From Trichodesmium erythraeum IMS101 (lineage in GTDB: Bacteria > Cyanobacteriota > Cyanobacteriia > Cyanobacteriales > Microcoleaceae): a stretch of 32,000 nt of DNA. Where the stretch lies: assembly GCF_000014265.1 (NCBI RefSeq), contig NC_008312.1, positions 1,140,001 through 1,172,000 of the forward strand. The letters run 5' to 3'. The translations under genes and the position numbers were made by a program. The notes beneath the pieces are model-generated. The model did not search any database. It saw only the letters and a program-made list of their open reading frames with translations, and was not told the origin of the DNA. Below are positions 17,941-25,894 of the stretch, piece by piece; the first letter of the stretch is position 1; each line of letters opens with the position of its first letter.

Positions 17941-20900
17941 TTAATTTACCTTAAACTCAGCAACATTCTTTTCTAAATCTCCAGCCACTGCTAGTAATTT
18001 AGCAAAAGACTCTGCCACAGTCATAGATTGTTCAGAAGTTTGATTAGCGATCGCTGCCACTTCCTGCATTGTTTTTGACAGTGTACTAGAAGTATCAGCT
18101 TGAGTAGTAGCAGAAACAGTAATATCCTTTACCAACTCATTAATTTTTCCACTCACATCCAACATATCTGTCAGAGTTTGTCGCGCTCCCTTAACTAACT
18201 GAGTACCAATCATTACCCGCTTTCGCCCCACTATCATTGATTTAATAACTTCACTGGTGCCAGACTGAATCTCCTCAACAATTTGCTCTATTTCCTCAGT
18301 AGCACTAGCTGACTGCTCTGCCAGAGAACGTACCTCACTAGCCACCGTAGCAAATCCTTGGTCATCTTGCCCCGCTCTAGTTGCTTCTACCGAAGCATTC
18401 AATGCTAAAACATTTGTTTGATTTGCCAAATCATTAATCAAACTAAGAACCCGTGAAATCTTCTTAGAAGTTTCCCCTAAACTTTTCACCTTCCTAGCAG
18501 TTGCCTCAACTGTTTTCTGAATTCCCAGGATTCCATCCACAGTACGGTTCATGGCAGCATCACTCGTTTGTAGAATCTGATTTGCTTGCTGCACCTTAGT
18601 TTCTGCTTGTTTGGCATTAGCTACCACTGCCTTAACTGAATTAGCCATTACCTGAATTTGTTGGAAAGCATTAGCTATTGCTTCTGCTTGGCGTTGAGCT
18701 TCACCGGACAGCTTTTTAATTTCTGCTTCATTATCAACTGTAGTCAAACTCACAACATTTGTTGCCGACTGCACCTGCAAGACTAACTGCTGTAAGCTTT
18801 CAATCGCAGCATTAAAGAAATCAGCAACAGTTCCCATTACACCAGTTGTAACAGTAGCACGCACTGTCAAATCCCCATCAAAAGAATTTTCTATTTCTGC
18901 CAAAAACTTTTCTATCTGAGTTTCTAGTAATTCTTTTTGGTTTTGCTGTTCCATAGATATACCTTCTGCTTTTTGACGAGCTTGTTCAATTTGTTGTAAC
19001 AAAAGTGCTTGGTCAAGAGCATACCCAATTTGCAAAGATACCTGCTTAAAAACTTCAACATCTGACTCTAACCAATTGCGAGTTTCAGAACATTGATGCA
19101 CCCCTAATAAACCATATAGAGTTTGGTTAACTAAAATCGGAGCCACTATATTCGCCTTAACTTGCCATTTTCCTAGTTGTTCTTCATGACATGCTGTCAA
19201 ACCTGCTTTACTTACATCTGGTGTAACCTGTACCCGACCTTGACGATATGGTTCCACATAATCTACCGGAAAACAAGTTACCTCAGTTTCCATATCTATA
19301 ATATTGATATACCCCTGTTTAACCGCCTCACTAATAATCTTACCATCCCAGTCTTTATCAAAACGATAAACTACTACCCGGTCAGCTTCCATCAGTTTAA
19401 GTGCTTCTTCTACTCCTGTACGAAAAATGCGGTTTATGTCAAGAGATTCCCGAATTCTTAAACTAATTTGATTCAGTTTTTTAGACTGTTCTACAGTTGT
19501 TTTTTGCCGTTGTAGAAGATTTTCCTGCTCAACTGCAAAACCGATTTGAGTTGCTAATTGCTTAATAAAATCAACTTCTGAATCTTTCCAATTACGGGGA
19601 GCAGAACATTGATTAGTTACAAAGAAACCATATAGCTTTTTCTCAACCAGAATTGGAGCTGTCAATGTCGCTTTAATTTTTAGAGGTTCAGCATCTTTTA
19701 AATAACATTCAGTATTCTTAGCATCATCAATCATAGTTTGAGAGGGGTCGTGTAGATTATTGAATACCTTAACTCGTCCTCGAAGATAAGCTTTAATATG
19801 ATGTTCCTTAAAACATTTAGCATCCAATTTTGTACCCATAGCAGTAGGCCACATACTATCTACTGATTCAGCCACAACAGTACCATTATAGTCATCATCT
19901 AATTTATAAACCATCACTCGGTCTGCTGTTAAAACTTGGCGAGTCTCAACTACTACTGTATTAAAAATATCCTGTTCATTCAAAGATTCCCGAATCATCG
20001 AGCTAATTTCATTCAAGCGTCGTGCTTGTTCAGTTGCGACCTTTTGCTGTTCTAAAAGTCTTTTCTGTTCTAAGGCAGTACTGAGTTGACTACCTAACTG
20101 TTTGACAAAATTAATTTCTGATTCTTGCCAACTTCGAGGTTGAGAACATTGGTGAACAATTAATAAACCATATAGTCCTGCTTCTACTAAAATTGGAGCA
20201 ACAATATTTGCTTTAACTTCAAAAGGTTCTAATAATTTAATCTGACACTCAGATATCCCAGAACCTTGAATATTTTCAATTGTGCTAACTTGCCCACGCA
20301 GATAAGGCTTAAAATTTTTGGCAAAGCAAGGGTCAGCTATTTTCTTACCCATAGTTTCTGTCCAACCCTGACCAACTGATTCTGCTACCACTGTACCAAC
20401 CATATTTTCATCAAACTGATAAATTATAGTGCGGTCTGCTCCCAGAGTATTACGAGCTTTTTCAATCAGAATATCAAAAACTTCTTCAGTATTAGTGCTA
20501 CTACGCAAACTATTGGCAATTTCGTTTAATAATCGAGTTTGTTTAACTATAGCTTGTTGTTGTTCTAATAAGTATGCTTGGTCTAGAGCATACCCTACTT
20601 GAATACTAACTTTTCCCATCAAGTCTATTTCTAATTCTGTCCAAGCTCTGGGACCAGAACATTGGTGAGCAATTAACAGACCTTGTAGTTTCTTCTCAAC
20701 TACAATGGGGGCAACTAAACTAGCTTTGACCTCAAAGAGCTTAAGCTGATTAATATAAGAGGGAGTTAGTTCAGCTTCTTCTATATTGTCTATAACCTTA
20801 ACTCGCCTTTGTTGATAGGATTGTACATAATGGTCAGCAAAATAGACATCAGTAATTTTTGCTCCCTGGGCTTTTGGCCATTTGCTATCAACTGATTCAG

Positions 20901-21882
20901 CAATAACTGCGCCTTTTGATTCATTATCAAATTTGTAGACCATTACTCGATCTGAGTTTAAAATACTCCGGGTTTCTTCGACTGTAGTAGCTAATACGTC
21001 TTTGAGGTTCAGGGACTTACGAATTTCGTTCGTTATTTTATTTAATTTTTGAGCTTGTTGGGTAGCTGCCCGTTGTTTTTCTAATAGTAACGCTTGGTCT
21101 ACAGCATAACTAAGTTGAATTGCCAGTTGCTGGAAAAATTCGATTTCTGATTCTATCCATTGTCGAGGTTCAGCACAATGATGGGCTATTAATAAGCCTA
21201 TTAATTTTCCACTGGCAAGAATAGGAGCGACTAAGTTTGCTCTAATAGCAAAGGTTTCAAGTTGACTGATATGACAATCATTTAATCCTGCTTCATAGAT
21301 ATCAGCAATTCCCCTTACCCGACCTTTTTGATAAAATTCTACATAACGCTCCGCAAAACAGGGATCGGTGATTTCTTCTCCCAGTGTTTCTGGCCATTGC
21401 ACATCTACTGATTCGGCAATGACTGTGCCTTGCCAATTTTTATCAAATTGATATACTATTACTCTGTCTGTTTGTAAAGCATATCTAGCATCTTCCACAA
21501 CAGTTTTAAATATATCTTTAAGGTTGAGAGACTCCCGAATGTTGGACGTTATTTGGTTTAATAATTCGGCTCTTTCTGCTGCAGCTCCTTCTGTTTCTAT
21601 TAATGATTGAAGTTGATTGATTCTGATATCTATATTAGAGCGCAATACTGCTAAATCTTCTGCTAATGCATTAGTTTTTTCCTTTAAACCTAGTGATTTT
21701 TTGGTAGAAATAGATGTTTTTCTAGTATTTGGCTGCCACACTTCTACTGGCACAATTGTTAATTCTTCATTTCCTGATTGAGGTTGTTTAGTTTCTATTG
21801 GAGATTTTTTAGAGTAATCTTTATCTTTATTGGGCAGTCTATTGTCTTGTTGGTTTGTTTTTCTAAAACCGGTCTGTGTCAT
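17941..21882 (-). CDS. Soluble methyl-accepting chemotaxis protein with five tandem cyanobacteriochrome-type GAF domains (PixJ/PtxD-like photoreceptor)
   Basis: Five ~160-aa GAF modules (aa ~110-268, 280-440, 450-608, 622-788, 802-963), each ending LLxxHQCSxPRxW. They are followed by GDLTVRA...ADFFN (HAMP-like) and the MCP signalling core LALNASVEATRAGQDDQGFATVASEVRSLAEQS. No N-terminal TM segment. Confidence 0.92.
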   Translation of the reverse strand: MTQTGFRKTNQQDNRLPNKDKDYSKKSPIETKQPQSGNEELTIVPVEVWQPNTRKTSISTKKSLGLKEKTNALAEDLAVLRSNIDIRINQLQSLIETEGAAAERAELLNQITSNIRESLNLKDIFKTVVEDARYALQTDRVIVYQFDKNWQGTVIAESVDVQWPETLGEEITDPCFAERYVEFYQKGRVRGIADIYEAGLNDCHISQLETFAIRANLVAPILASGKLIGLLIAHHCAEPRQWIESEIEFFQQLAIQLSYAVDQALLLEKQRAATQQAQKLNKITNEIRKSLNLKDVLATTVEETRSILNSDRVMVYKFDNESKGAVIAESVDSKWPKAQGAKITDVYFADHYVQSYQQRRVKVIDNIEEAELTPSYINQLKLFEVKASLVAPIVVEKKLQGLLIAHQCSGPRAWTELEIDLMGKVSIQVGYALDQAYLLEQQQAIVKQTRLLNEIANSLRSSTNTEEVFDILIEKARNTLGADRTIIYQFDENMVGTVVAESVGQGWTETMGKKIADPCFAKNFKPYLRGQVSTIENIQGSGISECQIKLLEPFEVKANIVAPILVEAGLYGLLIVHQCSQPRSWQESEINFVKQLGSQLSTALEQKRLLEQQKVATEQARRLNEISSMIRESLNEQDIFNTVVVETRQVLTADRVMVYKLDDDYNGTVVAESVDSMWPTAMGTKLDAKCFKEHHIKAYLRGRVKVFNNLHDPSQTMIDDAKNTECYLKDAEPLKIKATLTAPILVEKKLYGFFVTNQCSAPRNWKDSEVDFIKQLATQIGFAVEQENLLQRQKTTVEQSKKLNQISLRIRESLDINRIFRTGVEEALKLMEADRVVVYRFDKDWDGKIISEAVKQGYINIIDMETEVTCFPVDYVEPYRQGRVQVTPDVSKAGLTACHEEQLGKWQVKANIVAPILVNQTLYGLLGVHQCSETRNWLESDVEVFKQVSLQIGYALDQALLLQQIEQARQKAEGISMEQQNQKELLETQIEKFLAEIENSFDGDLTVRATVTTGVMGTVADFFNAAIESLQQLVLQVQSATNVVSLTTVDNEAEIKKLSGEAQRQAEAIANAFQQIQVMANSVKAVVANAKQAETKVQQANQILQTSDAAMNRTVDGILGIQKTVEATARKVKSLGETSKKISRVLSLINDLANQTNVLALNASVEATRAGQDDQGFATVASEVRSLAEQSASATEEIEQIVEEIQSGTSEVIKSMIVGRKRVMIGTQLVKGARQTLTDMLDVSGKINELVKDITVSATTQADTSSTLSKTMQEVAAIANQTSEQSMTVAESFAKLLAVAGDLEKNVAEFKVN

Positions 21883-22179
21883 AATTTTATTAGTGATGGT
21901 TAATGAGGAATTATAGGGGTTTTCACTTCATTAATACAAAACTTCTACAAATGCCTTGTATTTGATTAAATAAATATCTGTATTTTTGAATAATGAAAAC
22001 TACTATAATTAATGGATATAGGTAAATTTTGTATTAGTAAAGACATACAAATGTCCTCCATTCAAAATTCAAAAGTATGTATTAGTAAGGCTTTTATAAT
22101 TAATTTTGTTCCTCACTCCTAGTACCGTTCAAAAAAAAAATTATTACTGATGAATTATGAATTATAACGAGGTTTAAAT

Positions 22180-22662
22180 CTAGGTTTTTTCTATGTATTC
22201 GATGATTGCTTTAATATCTAAAATCATCTTTTTTTCTCCTGCTGAATTGCTGCAAGTTCCCTGAATAAACTTTTCTACAAGTGAATTTCTTTTGTGTTTT
22301 GTTGACGTACTAATCTCTTTACTTTCAAAATCGATCAATTTACCTACTTTTTGGACCAAAATACCTAGATAACTATCTCGAAATTTTACTTTCACTACTC
22401 TAAACTTTTGCTGATAGTATCCAGTAGATAGTAAAGGTTGAAAACCCATCAAATAAGCAAGATCGATTAACCATAGAATTTGGCCTTGCCACTGGAATAC
22501 TCCTACAACTACATTTGGCATACCTGGTATTTGTAAGATTATTCTATGGTCTAAAGTAATCACTTCATCCAGCTCACGAGTAAATAGTATTACCTCTAAA
22601 GTCTTAGTGACTTCTAAAGATATAAATTGTTGACTACTATTTAATGATAGTTGTTTTGCCAT
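22180..22662 (-). CDS. CheW-like coupling protein (PixI-like)
   Basis: 160 aa. The CheW fold pattern is FISLEV...ILQIPGMPNVVVGVFQWQGQILWLIDLAYLMG. It sits between the CheY-like and MCP genes. Confidence 0.85.
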   Translation of the reverse strand: MAKQLSLNSSQQFISLEVTKTLEVILFTRELDEVITLDHRIILQIPGMPNVVVGVFQWQGQILWLIDLAYLMGFQPLLSTGYYQQKFRVVKVKFRDSYLGILVQKVGKLIDFESKEISTSTKHKRNSLVEKFIQGTCSNSAGEKKMILDIKAIIEYIEKT

Positions 22663-22703
22663 TGGCTTTTTTTCATGCTTTAGTCATTAAACAACGATGT
22701 TTT

Positions 22704-23072
22704 TCACACAACTAATTTTTCTAATGTTGCCACAAGTTTCTCTTGATCAACTGGTTTAGTAACATAAGCAGATGCTCCCTGCTTCATACCCCACTGTTTA
22801 TCAATTTTCTCTGATTTACTAGAACAAATAATAATTGGGATATTCGCTGTATTTTTTTGCTTTTTTAGTTCTCTACACAAACTATAACCACTCTGACCCG
22901 GTAATACAACATCTATTAAAATTACATCAAAATTTTTTTCCCTCAGCATCACCTTAGCTGCTTCTGCTGTACCTACATTTAAGACCTCATACCCTGATTT
23001 TTTCAAGCACTGAGTCAGAGCAGTAGCTTCTCTGTGACTATCTTCTACCATCAAAACACTTCCCTTTACCAT
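22704..23072 (-). CDS. Single-domain CheY-like response regulator (PixH-like)
   Basis: VLMVEDS...DVILIDVVLPGQSGYSLCRELK...IIICSSK...YVTKP is a complete receiver domain. 122 aa. Confidence 0.9.
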   Translation of the reverse strand: MVKGSVLMVEDSHREATALTQCLKKSGYEVLNVGTAEAAKVMLREKNFDVILIDVVLPGQSGYSLCRELKKQKNTANIPIIICSSKSEKIDKQWGMKQGASAYVTKPVDQEKLVATLEKLVV

Positions 23073-23596
23073 TGATTATCTTTCCACTGTCAAAACTAAC
23101 TTAATAGTAATTCCTAATGATTACTATTATTTCATATAATCGTAAAAGTTTATCTTTCTTCACAATACAATATTAACTACCAAATGGCATCTCAATAATT
23201 GCTTTTTCTTGCTTCTGTATGCTGTGACTTTCCTTTTAAGGTTAGTTACTTATTTGATTTAATAAGTAGTAGTATTCAAGAAAGAAACTTAAGTAAGTAA
23301 TTAAATACTATTATATTTAAAGGAGCGAATAGCAGTAGTTTTATTGATCAAAATAATTATCGCGACTCAACCCCGCCTTGACAAAATGTTTTTGGAGGTT
23401 TGCTTATTCCCATACCGTTTACATAAAACTTTTTTTGACTTCTGAGTACTAAACTTTGACTTCTGACGAGCATTAACCCCACTTCAACCATAAATCAAGA
23501 TGGTCCAAAGACTACCCAAAAACCTGAAACGGAGTAGTTAAATTTATTAATATCTTTTAATAACATAAGTCTAAGTAACAATAGAGTTATTCTTGA

Positions 23597-24763
23597 TCAG
23601 TTAAATTTTGGAGTTACAGACAAATGTTTTTTAATAATTTTTAAAATTGCTTCTGGCTTAGGAGGCTTATTCAGAAAATCAGCAGTTCCAATTAACTTGG
23701 CCCGACTGCGATCTATTAAATTATTCTTACTAGTAAGAATGATAACTGGTATTTTTTTAAAAGCTGGTGTATTGTGTAAAAATTGATAAACATTATAACC
23801 ATTAGCATTAGGCATTTCTAAGTCAAGAAAAATCAAATCTGGTTTATGTTCAGCAATTTTCACAAATCCTTTGATTGGATCTTGTATACCGATCAGGTTA
23901 TATCCAGCAGGCTCAACAATTTTTCTTAATGTTTCAGCAACTACCTTACTATCATCAATACAAGCAATTAATGGCTTTTTTTTTGGTATAGTCTTATCTC
24001 TATTTTTATGAGAATTAGTTTTTGCTAAAGATGATGTAAAATTGGGTCCTGGCAAATCTGAAATTGTTTGTAATTGTACCAACCCTTTCTTGACTAAGGG
24101 AAGTAAAGTATGAGTGACAACTAAGATTGATTTTTGTAGTTTACATACAATATCCCACAGAGTTAAATCACCCTGTAAATATTTACCGAAACCAGATAAA
24201 GCTTCTGAGGCAACAGGTTTTTTAGGAACAGGAACAAGGTTTAGGTTTAAATTTTCAAAACCTGCTTTTCTAGATAGATATTGTATTTGAGCAACTTTAG
24301 CGAAAATTGGTTTTATTTCCGAATAAGATAGAGATAAACCAAGGGATAATTCTGATTTACTACCAGGGTTTTCTTCCCACTTATGTATTAGATCTGGGTA
24401 GTAGCTTATGGAAAACAAGATTTCTAGGGTAACAGTGCGAATGACTGCTTTTGCTTGAGCAACAGTGATTTGATTTTTGCTAATTCCATCATACAGGAGT
24501 AAGTATTCCCAAGGTTTGTATGGCTCTAGTTGTAATTGTATTTGTGAGGTTATAGGATTCCACTTAGGGCAGTATAACTTTACCCGTCGTTCCCAACGCC
24601 TTACTCTGTGGATTTCGCTAGTGCTATATAATATCCTACCATAAGATAGGTTGATTTGTCTTTCTTTTGGCAGACTATTTAATAATAATTTGCCAGTTGC
24701 ATTTAGTTGGCTAAGTTCATCCAAAATTTTGGCCAATTTGATTAACTGTTTGTTAGCAGACAT
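23597..24763 (-). CDS. PatA-type response regulator (N-terminal PATAN domain + C-terminal receiver; PixG-like)
   Basis: C-terminal receiver LIACIDDS...DLIFLDLEMPNANGYNVYQFL...VIILTSK...FLNKP. The ~250-aa N-terminal region has the PatA/PixG architecture. It is the first gene of the taxis cluster. Confidence 0.85.
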   Translation of the reverse strand: MSANKQLIKLAKILDELSQLNATGKLLLNSLPKERQINLSYGRILYSTSEIHRVRRWERRVKLYCPKWNPITSQIQLQLEPYKPWEYLLLYDGISKNQITVAQAKAVIRTVTLEILFSISYYPDLIHKWEENPGSKSELSLGLSLSYSEIKPIFAKVAQIQYLSRKAGFENLNLNLVPVPKKPVASEALSGFGKYLQGDLTLWDIVCKLQKSILVVTHTLLPLVKKGLVQLQTISDLPGPNFTSSLAKTNSHKNRDKTIPKKKPLIACIDDSKVVAETLRKIVEPAGYNLIGIQDPIKGFVKIAEHKPDLIFLDLEMPNANGYNVYQFLHNTPAFKKIPVIILTSKNNLIDRSRAKLIGTADFLNKPPKPEAILKIIKKHLSVTPKFN

Positions 24764-24774
24764 TTTTTAGTTGT

Positions 24775-24994
24775 CAGGTTGTAGGATTAAACTCAGGGCA
24801 GTGCAATCTGATCTGTCGTTCACAAAGCCTTAAGCATCTGGATATCTCTAGTAGCATACGGAATTATACCATAAAATAAGTTAATTTCTCTTTCCTTTGC
24901 CGGACTATTTATGAATATTTTGCCAGTTGCATTTAGTTAGCTAAGTACATTCAAAATTTCGGCAAATTTGATGAATTTTTTTGTTACCGGATAT
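24775..24994 (-). pseudogene. Decayed tandem copy of the first ~73 codons of the PatA-type gene
   Basis: Aligns with 24546-24763 at a constant offset of ~229-230 bp. For example, ttgccagttgcatttagtt occurs at 24689-24708 and at 24919-24938. Identity is roughly 75% by eye. The ATG is changed to ATA and there are several in-frame stops (ISGNKKIHQICRNFECT*LTKCNWQNIHK*...). Confidence 0.8.
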
Positions 24995-25085
24995 TGAACT
25001 GAAAATTATAAGATTCAAATTTAAATAATCCTAATTTTTTGTATATTTAATCACATGTATATATTTCAGCTTCCTTCTTACCACG

Positions 25086-25699
25086 TGAGCTTCTCTTCAC
25101 ATTCTCAAATTTTATCCAAATGCTAAGAAGTTACTGCTACCGTTTAGCGATCGCATTCCTAGTAGACATCGACGCACCCAGTTAATGGTCAAAAACTTAG
25201 CTAAGTTGGGGTATCCTATTGATCCACCATCAACCCAGCGCGCGAAAAGTACCAGGAAGACCAAATATTCCTATAGCCTTATTTAATGAAGGTTATGTGC
25301 GTTCGCGCCACAAGAATCTTTTGAACCTTGGTTGAGGGATAATAAACCTACTTATGTTCATTATCAGAAATTTTCTATAATTGAAGGTACTAGTTTACTG
25401 CGTAGTTGTGGAGTAGTTCCTGTTTGCGAGCACCCCTATCTATTTCATGGGGGCAAGTTGAGGTTATATTACCTAAGATGATATAAGTTGCTTTGATGGA
25501 GCCAGAAGCTTTTCATCCCTCTCATTCTCCGACTCAAGTACAAAATTTAAAAGATTTATCCAAAAAGTATAGGTTGTTGATAGCTGGTGGCATTGACTAT
25601 CATGGAGTTAATAATTATAGAAAAAAGGAAACTACTTTAAATATGCTTCCATTACCAATAGAGTTGCTTGCACCGATCCAGCAAGCTCCTAGTATTTAA
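25086..25699 (+). pseudogene. PHP-domain (TrpH/YciV-like) phosphoesterase, 5'-truncated and frameshifted
   Basis: The pieces lie in different frames: HILKFYPNAKKLL..RHRRTQLMVKNLAKLGYPID / PGRPNIPIALFNEGYVRS / QESFEPWLRDNKPTYVHYQKFSIIEGTSLLRSCGVVPVCEHPYLFHGG / EAFHPSHSPTQVQNLKDLSKKYRLLIAGGIDYHG. They are collinear with cyanobacterial PHP proteins (HILGFY...RHRRA..M..KL..LGYPI...GRPHIA.AL...GYV.S..EAF..WL.D.KPAYV.Y.KFS..EG..LL...G.VPV.AHPYLF.G...EVYH..HS......L...Y.LL.TGGSDYHG). The N-terminal ~100 codons are missing. Track ORF 25493-25699 is the last piece. Confidence 0.7.
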
Positions 25700-25894
25700 T
25701 GTGGGAAATAGAGAGACAACTGTAGAGACCTTCCTAGGAATATCTCTGTGAGCTATCCCCTTATTCCCACTATCATAGCGCTAGACAAATAGGTGTTTTA
25801 CATTCCACTAGAAAGCTTCTGGTATTTCCTGTTCCTTAACAACATTAATTTCCCAGTTCTAACCAAAAGACGTAGTACCATAATTAAAAAAAAA

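Noticed and set aside
19177-19461. 94-aa plus-strand ORF
   Set aside because: It is antisense within the MCP CDS (GAF5 region) and has no independent support.
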